DNA of 64,000 nucleotides from Dimorphilus gyrociliatus (taxonomy: Eukaryota; Animalia; Annelida): positions 2,656,946-2,720,945 of the forward strand of contig CAJFCJ010000006.1 in assembly GCA_904063045.1 (NCBI GenBank). Direction: 5' to 3'. A model generated the notes under the pieces. That model did not search any database, was not told the DNA's origin, and worked only from the letters and a program-made list of their open reading frames with translations. A program made the translations under genes and the position numbers. Shown here in pieces: positions 1 to 13,762 of this stretch (position 1 is its first letter; every line of letters starts with the position of its first letter).

Positions 1-282
1 AGTTTCTCTATACTTCATTGATTTTTCTATATTTTCTTACTATATTCATAATAGATCAATACTGATTAATAATAGCGCAGGTACATAGTAACAAGAACAT
101 TTCGTCCAAGGAAACGGAACTTCACTTTTTTAAAAACAGTGACATCTCTATTCCTCAATTAGAACTACAATTACGACTTGTTATGAAATTTTGAAAGGCC
201 TTGTAAATTGTATTCACAATATTAAAACACATTACAACACTTGTTAGTATAAATTGACCAACTTCACCTCAATTTGTTGAAA

Positions 283-941
283 ATGGCAGAATCTAACGAA
301 AGTTGCGATAATGGTGATAAATCCTTCAAAAGTGCAATTATTCTGATGCCACCGGAAACAGAATGGACACAAATACAGAATATAAGAGAGTAAGCACTTT
401 ATTTAAAATTTGATATGCCTTTGTTCTATTTATCTTGAATAGTTACGAACCTTACTAATTCCTTAGAAAGCACGACAAAGCTTACAACCGATGGATGCCT
501 CATATTAACTTAATATGGCCGTTTGTTCCTGATATGGATTGTAACTTCGATTTAGAATTTGTAAAAATTAGTCAAGCTCTTAGTAAATTAGCACCTTTTA
601 AAGTGAAATTCACGCAAAAATCATTCAGTTTTTTTGAGCACAAGCAATGCGTTTTGTGGTTAAATCCATTAGAAAATGATCATGATGACAACCCACATCC
701 TTCCGTTATAAAGCTACAGAAAATCCTCCAAAATCTTTATCCTAACTATTACGATGGAACAAAGGAATTTGTACCTCATCTTACCCTAGGAAGATTCCAA
801 AGGAAGCATATTAATAACGTACGAGAAAACTTCCAAAAGGATTGGAAGGATATTGAATTTGAAGTTAATAAAATTTATCTGATTAGTCGGAAAGGATTTG
901 AAGATCCTTTTGAAATTAAGAAAGAAATTAGCTTTAACTAG
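283..941 (+). CDS. 2H phosphoesterase / 2'-5' RNA ligase superfamily protein (LENG9 C-terminal-domain-like), 2 exons (283-389, 467-941)
   Basis: Splicing the GT-AG intron 390-466 gives MAESNE...SAIILMPPETEWTQIQNIREKHDKAYNRWMPHINLIWPF...PHLTLGRF. The two His motifs (PHIN, PHLT) and the 'IR..HD..Y.RWMPHINL..PF' signature match this family. Confidence 0.8.
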
Positions 942-1541
942 TTACTTTTTGTATTTTGTTATTATATTGTTTTGACGAATGTTTATTGAAACATTCTATA
1001 GAGATTATTCGATTAAATGTAAAAATTCAACAAGTCACCAACAATCAAGAATAAAGCTTTTTAAATATTCCATCTTACAAACATGTTCAATGAAAAATAT
1101 ATTAAAAATGCAAAAAAAAAGGAAACAAAAGCAAAACCAGCAAAAACGAACAAATAAATCTGCAAAAATTCTCATAAAAAAGCCAAGAATCTTTTCAAAG
1201 TATCACCATCATTATCTTCATAAGCGATTAAAACTGGAAGAGAATCTGTTAATTTTTCTCTTCCAAAATTAATTTGTTTAAAGAATAGATTATCAATTTT
1301 AAATAGATTATGTTAAACACAACTAAACGATTCAATTAAATGATTTTGTTTGTTTTTGAACATTAAAACATAAAAAAAAAATTAAGGTATCATTTGAGAC
1401 AAACTAGTTTTAAAATTAAATTAAAGAGAAGATTATTCTTTGGCAATGTTATTTTTTTTTGTTTGTCTTAAGGGAAGAAAGGGAAAGAAAAAGAAGGTAC
1501 CAGGAAATAGTTTCTTCATTCGTAAAATGACCAGAAAATTA

Positions 1542-2405
1542 TCACTTCGTAGCCGTTCCCACAAGTCCAAACTTCATAAAACGAACAAATATTGGGACAG
1601 GAACTCTGCATTGTTTAGTATCAATACTCGAGAAATCAGCTTCCTTAACAATTTGTTTTGTATCTGAAAACGTTCTGCAATGCCCAACTCTCCACCAAAG
1701 TCCTTTGATGAGATATTGACATAGTTTTGATAGTCCAGAGGGTGCGGCAACGTGTTCAAAAAAGTAAAAATTCCTTCCCTATGCAACAAACAAAGGCAAT
1801 AAATATAATTTATTACTTTATTACAAAAAAAGAATGCTGTTAAACTTATACGTACAAAATAATAACGTTTATTGATTACTCACAGGTTTTAGAATTCTCT
1901 TTATTTCAGCTAAACTTTGAGCTTGATCGTCTACGGAACAAAGTACTAAAGTGCAAACAACTGCATCAACTGAGCCGGTTTTTATTTTCCCCATATCCTC
2001 CGCTCTACCTATCACAAATTTTACTTTATCTTGCAATCTTTTTGGAAGATTTTCCCTAAAATAGGGATTAAAACAACCATTTGGCTCAACGCAAATAATT
2101 TCTGAATTATCTGGATAATATTTAAAATTAGCACCAGATCCTGCACCTATTTCCACTATTTTCAACTTTGATTCCGTCTTTGATAGATAGTGAAGTGGTT
2201 GGAAAAGGTCTTCTTTCAGGGTACTGACATATTTCGATTTATTCAGCGATAGAGCAATTCTATTCGTGACATACGCAACGATTTTATCATGAAATTTCGA
2301 AAATTGTATATATTTTCCAAAATATTTCCAACATATTATGATGATAAAAAGTGGTAAAACATATCTTATTAAATAAGACTGACAAATCAGATCAGATTCA
2401 CTCAT
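1542..2405 (-). CDS. METTL7A: METTL7/TMT1-like thiol S-methyltransferase, 2 exons (2405-1884, 1778-1542)
   Basis: N-terminal hydrophobic anchor, SAM motif I 'VEIGAGSGANF', 'VEPN', 'SVDAVVCTLVLCSV'. Exon 2 reads GRNFYFFEHVAA...GLVGTATK*. Confidence 0.85.
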
Positions 2406-2855
2406 GTCGCTGGCTGCTCAATAAAATAAAAGGAACAGAATCTCGATCTGATAAGGAAACAAAATCGTCCTTGACATTGCAATAACACCATATCACAAAG
2501 CTTTTAAACAACAATGAAAAAGAGTGGAGAAGAGAGGATTTCCGTTTCCTTTTCTCGCGTTCTCTCTGTCTTTTGCCCTTTCTGAAACAAATTACCACGC
2601 TATTCCACTCTATCCCCGCCAAAGGGTGATCGATCATCGTAGGTGTTTTTTTATTGATATATATAAATGCTATATCATTCTTCCCTTAGACCATTATAAC
2701 TATGAAAGTTTTTACGTTCTTTATAGTAATATAATAGGTAAAAAAGAATCAAAATATCCAACTTAATAAAAATGAAAACTATCTTCCAAACTTGCTAAAA
2801 ATGAGAATATTCCATTTGATTTTGTTAATTTTTCAATAACATAACATTAAAGTGC

Positions 2856-2858
<3 letters not shown>

Positions 2859-2892
<34 letters not shown>
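2859..2892. repeat. (AT)n microsatellite
   Basis: About 17 uninterrupted AT units. Confidence 0.95.
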
Positions 2893-2898
<6 letters not shown>

Positions 2899-3413
2899 GT
2901 TGAATATGGACTTTACATTCATACTTTATCATAATTATAGAAAATTCTTGATCAACTTGTTATTGCGCAAGTCTCTTAGTGCTATTAAGGAATTAAAAGG
3001 AAAAACAGCCCTTACTATTATTACTTGGGATTTTATACTACAAATAATAGCTTGATCCATTTTTATCTTGATTCTCTAATGTATGATATATATTTAAGCT
3101 ACTAAAAAATTCTTCTTGTATAGTTATAGGCCTATTTTGCACGCCAAGAACATTTTTAGTATTTGATTAACTGTGTGCCGGTAAATATCTGCCTTCAGAA
3201 GGAATTAGAAAATTAATTTTGTTATGGGCCTATGCTCGTTAAGGAAAATAAATAAAAATAGAAATTAATTTTAGATTATTTTTATTAAAATAGTAAATAA
3301 TTTGAATCCTTCATGAGTGATAATACCATAAGTTTTTGTTCTCGGCTGGGTATAAATTAATATAATAACCTGTAGGGGTTTATCTACCACGCAAATCTCA
3401 TTAAAAATAGAAA

Positions 3414-4953
3414 ATGATCAGACTGAAGAGAATGGCCGTCGGAGCAATTAGAAGTTTCTCCTCAAAGATTACTCCTATACCTAGAATTGCTATTATTGGA
3501 AGCGGACCTGCAGGATTCTACACAGCTCAACATTTACTAAAGTCAAATTCAAAGTTACATGTTGATATTTATGAAAAACTATTTGCACCCTACGGTTTAG
3601 TACGTTATGGAGTTGCGCCTGATCATCCAGAAGTGAAAAATGTTATTTCAACTTTTTCAAAAACAGCAATAAACGATCGTTGCAGATGGATAGGTAAGTT
3701 ATTAAACACAAAACAAAAAAGTCTGCTAAATTGTAAAAATATTGAAAAAAATCCCTTAAAATACTAGGAAATGTTGAAATTGGTAGAGATATAAGTATAA
3801 GAGACATGAGAAAGGCTTATAGTGCTCTTGTATTTTCATATGGGTGCCAAATAGATAAGTTACTAAATATACCTGGTGAAAACTTAAAGGGGGTGTATTC
3901 AGCAAGAGAATTCGTTGAATGGTACAATGGTTTACCGTCAGCATCAACTTTGAATCCAAATTTAGATTGCGAGGATGTTGTTATCTTAGGCCAAGGAAAT
4001 GTTGCCATAGATGTAGCTAGAATGTTTCTTAGCCCGCTTGATGAATTAAGAAAGACTGACATTTCCGAATATGCATTGGACAAAATTAGTAAAAGTAGAG
4101 TGAAAAGAGTTCATTTGGTAGGCAGGAGAGGTCCATTGCAGGCTGCCTGCACCATAGCAGAACTGAGAGAGCTAACAAAGTTACCAAATTGTTTTGGCAT
4201 AATTACTCACCAAGAGGTAGAATTCTTAAGAGAAAAAATCAAGGAACTCCCTAGGCCTAAGAAACGTATGATGGAACTTATGCTGAAAATTGCAGATTCG
4301 TCTATTGATAACAAAATAGACTTTCAAGTAAGTTTAGGATTGAATTATTTTATTTTATTCTTAACAAATCTGACCTATTTTAATAGAAACAATGGAGTTT
4401 ATCTTTTTTCAAAAGCCCTCTTGAATTTTTACCTAGTGAAGAAAATCCTGATCAACTTGGAAAAATCAGATTTTCTTTAAATAAATTAAAAGATAACATT
4501 GCCTATCCAACAGGAGAAACAGTTGAACTATCAACAAATTTAGCGTTTAGATCTATTGGGTATAGAGGAGTTGGTATACCAGGCCTTCCGTTTGACTCGG
4601 AAAGAGGATTAATACCCAATAAGAATGGGAGTGTAATTAATGAAAGAGGATTATACTGTAGCGGCTGGATTAAAAGAGGACCTACTGGTGTTATTGCAAC
4701 AACTATGAACGATGGATTTGAAACGGCAAAAACTATATTAGAAGATATTAATTCTTCTAGAATAGATATAACTTCTGACCAATTGGGTTTCGATGGCTTA
4801 GCAAATAGTTTGAAAGATATAAAAGTTAAACCTCTCAATTATCAAGATTGGTCAAAAATTGACATGATTGAAACACAAGTTGGGACTGCTAAGGGAAAAT
4901 CACGTGAAAAATTTGTAGATATTCAAGAAGTTTTCAAATTATTAGATCACTAA
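3414..4953 (+). CDS. FDXR: NADPH:adrenodoxin oxidoreductase (ferredoxin reductase), multi-exon
   Basis: Motifs '[19 protein letters not shown]', '[19 protein letters not shown]', '[13 protein letters not shown]', 'VGRRGPLQ', '[15 protein letters not shown]'; mitochondrial-type N-terminus; GT-AG introns join the ORF-track fragments. Confidence 0.95.
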
Positions 4954-5937
4954 TCCAAAATAAGATATTTTTTATCGATTACTTTCAATAATATGAAAAT
5001 CTATTCGTTATCTTTTTTCATCATGACTATTATTAATTTAACTTTTTAAAATGTCATATTGGGAATTTTTACTTAAAATTTATGGCTGTAAACTTTCTGA
5101 ATTTTTTATGGGTGAGAAAAGAATTGCATATTCCTCATATACTTAATTTAGTTTAGAATAACTTCTTGTATCATATCTTTCGAAGCGAATGTTAAATGTA
5201 TTAGATTTTTGAATTAACATAAAAATTCTTCAGTCGCTAATAACATCCTTAATAATTTTATAAGAATGACCATTTGACTATTGAAAAGTATTTTTATCGA
5301 CTGTAAAAATGTTTTGATAAACTAGCTCTTAAGTTTTGCTTTGATATCCGGTCGCTTATTTTTAAGTTTTACAAATGTACTAATATTAATTTAACAACAA
5401 ATAAATTTCAGAAAAATTTCGAATACGTCGATATAAGAATGCAACTATTGTAAAAAGAAACTTTTAAATTTAATTGTAAGGTTGGTAACAAATTTTACCT
5501 TGACCTTATGCTTCTATTTTAGAAAGCTTTTGAACAAGTAAAAGATATATTTCCGTTTCCTTTTCATAATGTAGGGAGCCTCATCTATTCCTTTCCGGCG
5601 CTACCCAATCATCTCCTGTCCTTCTCTGACGTGATACCAGTCGAAATAATTAGGAAGTTGTGCTTTCGGCTACAACGCCCTGCATAACCTCAAATTGCTA
5701 TATTTTAGCCCAGGTACTACTTTCAGCTAATACGCGAGGTATTGGATATTATTGATGACCGCAAATTGATTCTTAAATCCGATAACTTCTTTTTCAGACT
5801 TTGATCCCTCAGTAGACATCACCAAGGTAATTACATAATTAATTAGACAGTTTTACGGGCACGTTCTTGTTTGTTTTCTATTCTATTTTGTGCTAACACC
5901 TTTTTTTGTCGTCTCTACACTTTCAGTTAACAAAATT

Positions 5938-6162
5938 ATGGCTTTTCTGAACAATAAAAACAGAAATGCCGAATACCTAGATAGCATTAGGGAAGAGATA
6001 AAGCAAAATAAGGCTTACCTAAAGATGGAAAGAACAAAAGTTAGTCAAACGTTAAAAGATTTAGTGGAACACTGTGAAGAACACTGTCAATCTGACTTGC
6101 TTTTGAATCCGGTTAGAGATAATCCGTTCAGACCCAAGAAAAGTTTCTGTCAAATTCTATAA
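5938..6162 (+). CDS. Heterotrimeric G-protein gamma subunit (74 aa, CaaX CQIL)
   Basis: GGL-type 'LKMERTKVSQTLKDLVEHCE...DLLL...DNPFRPKKSFCQIL'. ATG at 5938 follows a 5'UTR acceptor (tttcag at about 5926). Confidence 0.88.
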   Translation: MAFLNNKNRNAEYLDSIREEIKQNKAYLKMERTKVSQTLKDLVEHCEEHCQSDLLLNPVRDNPFRPKKSFCQIL

Positions 6163-7179
6163 AACTTTCATGTGTTGGTTACAGCTTTTATTATTTGAAG
6201 AATTAGTAAACTTAATATTTTTATTTCAATTTTGAATCTTTTTAGTTTTAACAATACAGCTTAGACTTTAGTTTTTACACGTGTCTTTTGATAATGTTAA
6301 CCTAAATTTCCAAAACATTTTGTTGTAATTTTTTTTTAAGGTGAGTTTTTCATTTTTTTTTCTAGCTTGCTTTTTGCTTTTCTTTTCATGGCTTTTGTTT
6401 TCTTATAATTGTTCACAATTAATGGCCTCTTTATTCAACCATTATTACCTTAATTTGATAGTTTTTTTATTATAGGCTTAACGGTTCCCACAAGATATGT
6501 TGCATTTTTTAGCACAATGCATATATATATATATTTATTTTGTATTAGGCTAAATATATGAAGAATTGATAATTGCTAAAAAAACTAGGATGCTTTATTT
6601 AAAGTGCGAGTGGCTTAAGCACATCGCTTGTGAAATTTAACTAAATACATAGTTCTTTTGAAATCTATTTTTAAATGAATGAAGAAAATATATAGAATGG
6701 ACTATGCCTATAAATATTATATATAATTTTTATTCTAATTTTCTTCTCTTTTTACTTTTAATAGGTGACCTACTATCAAAATTTTATCGTCACAGTTATT
6801 AACAGGTAAGATATTGTAAAATGTTTATATAATCAGATATTTAGTATATTATGTACATGAGTGATGGTTTAGAAGCTTTATACCATAATATTAGAATTCT
6901 CTATTTTATAGAATAGAAAAGAGTACAAAGAACATAAAAAATAATCATTAACTCATTGGATACCGTTTATTGATATTAACTACACTAATATACTATCTAT
7001 ACTTATATTATATATATAAGCTAGTAGTGAGATTTTTTAAAGACTTTTTCGTTTATTTCTTCTTAAGGTCAGATTGAACTATTTCGTCGACAGACAGTGA
7101 TTTATTGGTTAGTATCTATATCCACTCTTCTTTGATTTTTTAGTTTTTATTCATTATAATTATTTTTTAGTCCATCGCC

Positions 7180-7380
7180 ATGTCGAATGTACAACAACAG
7201 AAAAAGATGGTAGAACAACTTCGACTAGAATGCTCCATGGAGCGAAAGGCCGTTTCACAGTGCGTGAAAGATATGATCGCATTTATGGAAGAAAATAACT
7301 CTAAGGATTATCTGGTCATTGGGTTTGCAAATAAGAAAGATAATCCCTATCAGGAGAAGAGTGGATGTAGTATTCTATGA
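7180..7380 (+). CDS. Heterotrimeric G-protein gamma subunit (66 aa, CaaX CSIL)
   Basis: 'VEQLRLECSMERKAVSQCVKDMIAFME...KDYLVIGF...DNPYQEKSGCSIL'. A 5'UTR intron (gtaag at about 6807, ttttag at about 7170) precedes a good Kozak context. Confidence 0.92.
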   Translation: MSNVQQQKKMVEQLRLECSMERKAVSQCVKDMIAFMEENNSKDYLVIGFANKKDNPYQEKSGCSIL

Positions 7381-8353
7381 ATTTGAACACATAAGCAAAG
7401 TGTCTCTTGTCTAGGTGTTGTGAAAATTTTCTGCCAGTTTCACACTTTTATGTCTTTTGCCGCATTTTAATCAAGCTTCGTAATATTTATGTGTAAAGGG
7501 GGCATTTATCGAAACCATTAATCAATAGGCCTTTAAAAAGAGGAGTTTATACTTTCTCAGTAAATTTTCAACGTAAAAATAAAATAGTAAAAATTTTAGG
7601 AGAAATGTCTTCTTTTTTTATAAAGCATCACCAGAAAAAAATAGGCGTATCTCTTTAAAAGTACTTCTATATAACGATTTCGGTACATTTTTGCACTTTT
7701 AAGGCTAACAAACGATTAATGATCTGCTTTCGATTTCTGGATGAAATTGGATACAAAAAGGATTTCCTTTACAATTGTCAATTAATTAGGTTAGATCAAC
7801 ACCTTAATAATATTCTAGATTATATAAAGCGACATGATCTAATTTCAAAATCATCGATTACTTTATTGAAAAGCTGTTAAAATTAAAATCATGTGAAAAT
7901 TCCATAGCTAACACATATTTTCAAAATTTTTAAATATTATAAACAAAGGTCGAATGAATCACATGGAAAATATGATTCAGAAACCTTTCGTCTCTATTAA
8001 TTGATCCTGATATTGTTTTATTTTTGGTAGATTAGCGCATTCGAATGAATAAACGAAAGGCGAACTTTTATAGTAACGTTTAGAGTATTTGAAATTGCAC
8101 CATATGACCTTCGGGTACTTGTGCCTAGATGTACTGCAATGTTATTGCGGTGCTTGACGCTATACCGAGGGTTATTGAAATTAGATACATCTAGGGATGT
8201 GATTAAGCAGGCTGTAATCCACTGACAAGATTAAGTTGGTTAGAAATATGAGGAATTCTGTGCCAGACTATACTTGTTGATATTTATTTTATTCTTGAGT
8301 AAAAAATTTTAGAAACTGGTAGTTTTCAGTTTTTGTGTGTTTTTATCGTCTAA

Positions 8354-10396
8354 ATGCCTTTAAACGTCGACAAATGGACAGTTTTTAGCCTTTTAGAGCA
8401 AGAATTTCTTGAAAGAATAAAGTTAGCCTGTGTATTTGGAAGCTCTGGTAATGAAGCACTTATTCTCACTGATGACGATCAAGTATTTGCGATTGGAAGC
8501 AACTGTTCTGGATGTTTAGGAGTTGGGGATACTGTATCTGGCTTGGAACCTCGAAGGGTGGACGTTCTTTGTGGAAAGAAAGTAAAAAAAATTGGTATGT
8601 AAACTTGCCACATTTTATTCCCTGTAAGATAAAGTTAAAATTCCTTTCTATAAAAAAATGTAACTTCAATACATAGCAAGTTTATTTTAACTTGTCATTT
8701 CTTTTAGTAATTGTAATACATGAACTTGAAACAACATATTGTATTCAAATAATATAGTGATCTTTGAAAAAAAAACAGTTAAAAAAATATGAAACAGCTA
8801 TCTGAAGAGATTGTAAGGATAACTAAGTAATTATTGCTTATGTTTATAAATTCAGCCTATGGATCGGGTCCTCATGTTCTAGCTGTAACAGGTGAGGGGG
8901 AATTGTATGTGTTTGGTCATAATGGTTATTGTCAACTTGGTAATGGATCAACAACCACTCTGCAGACACCGACACTTTTAGCAGCTGGATTTGCGGGCAA
9001 AAAAATTATAGAAGTAGCTGCTGGCAGTCATCATTCTCTTGCTCTTACGTCAGAAGGTGAAATATATGCTTGGGGTCAAAATAATTGCGGTCAAGTGGGC
9101 AATGGATCAACAAATAATCAGGTTATAATAATCTCTTCTATAGAATCAAAGTCTGAATATTGTCTGTCTATCAAGTTTTTAATCATTTCCTTGATAGAAA
9201 TGATAAAATTAATTTTTACTAATTGTAAAATATTTTTAAAAATGACAGTCATGCCCACGTAAAGTTACTGCTGGATTGGGTCAGAGAGTAGTCATTTCCG
9301 TTGCTTGTGGTCAAACCTCTTCAACAGCTCTAACTGATAATGGAGAAATTTTTTCTTTTGGTTATAATGGAAATGGTCAACTAGGTCTAGGGAATAACGT
9401 AAATCAAGCAAATCCTTGCAAAGTTGGTGGGCTGCTTACTGGGATTCATATACAACAAATAGTTTGTGGGTATGCTCATACTTTGGCTTTGTCAGATACT
9501 GGTAACCTCTATGCATTTGGAGCGAATAGTTATGGTCAATTAGGAACTGGAAATAAAGCTAATGCTGTCTCACCACAGCAAGTGGGTCTCGACAAAGGTC
9601 GCTGGACAGCCATTGCTGCAACTCATTACAACCATGTGTCGGTTGGTAGTATACAAACAGGGAAAATTATGATGTGGGGTCAATGCAGAGGTCAATCTGT
9701 TGTTAAACCAGTCGAAACTCGATTTGGAACTGTCCATGATGCGTTTGCCTGCTTTGCATCTCCTGCAGTTACATATAAACCTTTAGAAGTAGATGAACAT
9801 CACGAATTCAGGTAAGCTACTTAAGCGATATGATATAAAAATTTTTAGTTTGCTTTTATTACAGTATGCAAAAAATATTTGCTGCTGCATTTGACGATCC
9901 TTTAACGTCTGATTTGAAGTTTATAGTTGATAAGAAACCTATACATGTTCACAAGGCAATTCTAAGAATAAGATGCGAACACTTCCGATCAATGTTTAGC
10001 TCAACCTGGAAGGAAAATAAATCAGACTCAATTACAATTGATCATTACTCTTATGTTGTCTACTATGCTTTTTTGAATTTTTTATACACTGATAAGTTAA
10101 GCATTCCGGCAGAAGATGCTTTGGGTCTTTTGGATTTAGCTGATGCTTATTGCGAAAAACCTTTGAAACATGAATGTGAACAATTACTGAAATCATCTAT
10201 AAACGTTGAATTTGCGGCGTTGTTATATGCAGCCTCCGTAAAGTATAATGCTATAAACTTGCAAGAATTTTGTTTCAAATTTATTCTAAATCACTCAACG
10301 GAAGTATTCCAATCTCAAGACTTGGCTATGCTCGAGGGCGGCGTATTGAAGGACCTTATCAGAAAGTTAGCCGATCATAATGCATTTAAAAACTAG
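8354..10396 (+). CDS. RCBTB1: RCC1 and BTB domain-containing protein, 4 exons
   Basis: N-terminus 'VDKWTVFSLLEQEF...ACVFGSSGNEALI', several RCC1 repeats (GHNGYCQLGNG, GQNNCGQVG, GANSYGQLG), C-terminal BTB 'SDLKFIVDKKPIHVHKAILRIRCEHFRSMF'. Confidence 0.93.
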
Positions 10397-11100
10397 TATT
10401 CATCATTTCTTATTCATTATGTAATTAATAAATAGTTTGTGAAAAAAAATCCATTTAATGGCTTTTTTTTTCCTCTTTTCAATCTATCAACACTTTTAAA
10501 TATCTTTTTGTTTTTAAACTTTAACTAATGTTTCTTTTTAATCATTGTATTTTTGTTTCTACTAAAACGAGCATACTAAAGCAATTTGTAAACATAATAC
10601 TGACAATATCTTTCTTCAGATATCCTACCTTCCAATGATATTAATTTTTGGTAGCAAACTCCTTCAAATTTCGTGAAGTTATACTTTACTTGAAATGTCT
10701 GATTTAAGGATAATTTAATATATACCTATGAGACTGTATTTGATATCAAATGTTTATTTTTTTTAAATAAATTGGTATTCCTTAATTCTGAAAGATCAAT
10801 TACTAACCAATCCAAAAGTAAAGGCGCCAAAAAATAAAACCAGACAACATATAGAGCCATACTAAAAGAGTCTTTTAGTCCTTGACCTTGGTCATTTTTT
10901 AAGCGGTTCTAGAACGAATTTTGTAAATATGTACTTTCAAAAATTAGTTTATCACTTTAAAACAAGGTAAATTTTTATGATAAAAGATACATTATACTTT
11001 CTATAGCCTTATTAATAATTCTACGACATTTCTGAAGATTTTTTAAATCCATCAAAAGTGATCATTAAGATCATTCTTTTATTCTACGCTATCTCGCAAT

Positions 11101-13762
11101 ATGTCATCATTAACTGCTGAGCAGAAGAAAAGAATAGAAGAAAACCGGCAGAAGGCATTAGCCAAACGGGCACAAAGAGAATCGGCTGCTAAATCTGCAG
11201 CAAACACAGCCTTGACTAAAGATAAACTAGCAGCCATAGAGAAAAACCGTCAAAATGCTCTAGCCAAGAGAGCTGCACTTGAGGCCAGGGTTTCTAAATC
11301 AAATTCGACTCAATTAAAATTGAATTTCACTCCGAGTACTGGTAAAAGCACTTCTGGTCAAAGTTTATCAAAATTCGGATCTAACCCCCAAACGAGAACC
11401 TCTGTCGAATTATCACTGAAAAGTGATGATAGATTTGTTGCCACATTCGGATATGATAGCAGCATTATAAATATTCTGAAAGAAATTCCATCTAAGTTAT
11501 ATGATCAAGAAAATAGAGTATGGACATTTCATTTGTCTGATCATAGTTTAATATTGGAGAAACTTTCAAAGCATGGATATCAAGTAAAACCTCTTCCTAA
11601 ATGGATTGTAAAGACGTTTCCAATCAAGGACGAGAATATTACAATTGATTTAAGCTGTATTGAAGAAAAATTACTTAATACATTAATGCCATTTCAAAGA
11701 GAGGGTGTCGAGTTTGTTATTTCTAAAAATGGACGAGGAATTATTGCAGATGAAATGGGCTTAGGAAAGACTATTCAAGCTATAACCCTCGCAATATTTT
11801 ATAAATCAGAATGGCCACTTCTTGTTATAACTCCGTCGTCTGTTCGGTTTTCTTGGAAACAGGTGATAATCAATTTTGTATTTAATGTATTTCTCTTTAC
11901 TTTGAAGTTTACAGCAAATATTACAATGGTATCCATCATTAGACAAGGATGATATAAACGTTGCTGTATCAGCTAAGGATGATCCCACAAAAGGTCTGGT
12001 AAACATAGTTAGCTACGATTTGATGATAAGACATAAAATGGATTTCATTAGACAAGGTTTCAAAGTTGTTATTGTGGTAGGATATTATTTATTAAAGAAA
12101 CAGTAGGGTTTAAAGTCTTTTTTTCAGGATGAATGTCACTTAATTAAGAATAATAAGGCTATGCGTACACAGATAGCCATGGCTGTAATTCATGTAAGAC
12201 TGTAGAATAAAACTATAGGTATTTACCAATATACATTTATATTTATTGTTTCTAACACAACAGCAAGCTAAAAGAGCAATCTTACTGAGTGGGACACCTG
12301 CCTTATCGCGACCTGCGGAGTTATATACTCAAATTGCTGCAGTGAGACAAAATCTATTTAGCAGCTTTCCTGATTTTGCTTATCGTTACTGTGATGCGAA
12401 ACAATCCAACTGGGGTCTAGATACGTCTGGGTCTTCTAATCTGGGCGAGTTACAAATTCTTTTGGAGAGAACAATTATGATTCGGTTAAATTATTTATTA
12501 AATAATTAATAATATTAAATTATTATATACCCAATATACTTGTTTTCTTAACTGTAATATTTTCTAGGAGGTTAAAACGGAATGTTATGGACCAACTTCC
12601 AGCTAAAACCAGACAGCTAATTACTTTAGATAATTCAGCAGTTAAAATAGATAAAAGATTAAAAGAGGCGAAGGATAAGCTGAAAGTCACAAAAAATCAA
12701 GAGCGAAGAGGTGCTATAATGGAATACTTTCGTGCGACAGGAGCTGTGAAGATAAAAGCGATAACGTAGGCAAAGCCCCTCTAAATTGTCAAAAACAGTT
12801 CATATTATCAAACATAATAAACAATAAACTGTTTCAGTCAATATGTTAGTGAAATGTTAGAGATGGATAAGAAATTTATAATTTTTGCTCATCATCAAGT
12901 TATTTTAGATGCTATTGAAAATTCTGTTGTTGAAAAGGTTGGTGATCAGTTTCTAGACAAATACAAATAAAATTTTTCAATATTCTTTTGTATAAAGGAA
13001 AGAAAATACATAAGAATAGACGGTTCAACGAATCCCGAACAAAGACATTTTTTTGTTCAGCAATTTCAGAATGACGATAGCGTTAGAGTAGCAATTCTCT
13101 CGATAACTGCTGCAAATAGTGGTCTTAATTTAACAGCTGCATCTTTAGTAATATTTTCAGAATTATTTTGGAATCCAGGGGTCATATTTAATTGAATCAT
13201 TTCACTTGCCTAAATTAATTTCTGACAAATTCTTAAACAGATATTGGTTCAAGCGGAGGATAGAGCGCATAGAATTGGTCAAAAAGACTGTGTTAATATT
13301 CAATATTTAGTTGCTGAAAATACCGCTGATGACCTATTATGGTAAGCTGTATAAATATTATTGATACACTCCTAATCGAAAAACTTCTGTTAGGCCGATG
13401 ATTCAAAAAAAGCTCAACATTCTCGGTGAAATAGGATTAACAAAAGAAAATTTCTCATCAGCTAGTCGGCGAGATGTCGGAAATAAACAAAATGATCTTT
13501 TAAACTATTTCGAAACAGATTTCTTAACTGAAGAAAATAGTACAGCTGATAAAGCGAAGCCTGATGAGCAGACAACATGTAATAGTTGCGAAATTCTTAT
13601 GAAGGATAAAATATATCCATTTTAATTATCACAGCTAAGTCAGAAGATGCTAAAGATGTCAATAGATGGTTGGTTGACGATGAATTCGATGAGATACCAG
13701 AGTCAATGTTGCAATATGACGTTGAACCTTCCGAGAAAAAATTGAAATTGGAAAACAGCTAA
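11101..13762 (+). CDS. SMARCAL1: SMARCAL1 (HARP) annealing helicase, multi-exon, single HARP domain
   Basis: N-terminal RPA-binding motif '[20 protein letters not shown]', one HARP domain, and SNF2 motifs '[12 protein letters not shown]', 'DECH', '[15 protein letters not shown]', 'RIDGST', '[11 protein letters not shown]'. The last exon 13635-13762 ends [11 protein letters not shown]. Confidence 0.95.

Noticed and set aside
979-1667. ORFs 979-1272 and 1440-1667
   Set aside because: Lys/Asn-rich low-complexity frames from AT-rich UTR or intergenic DNA. The second is antisense to the METTL7 last exon.
1574-1789. Minus-strand ORF of 71 aa
   Set aside because: Wrong frame of METTL7 exon 2; the true frame is GRNFYFFEHV.
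2398-3055. ORFs 2398-2637, 2524-2766 and 2852-3055
   Set aside because: They lie in the promoter/UTR between METTL7 and FDXR, one is driven by the (AT)n microsatellite, and none has a recognisable motif.
3756-4838. Antisense ORFs over FDXR
   Set aside because: Shadow frames of a well-supported gene. The same applies to antisense or alternate-frame ORFs over RCBTB1, AGL, PEX19, AP1M1, SRP72, DHX16, the sulfatase, the GPCR and the ZIP gene.
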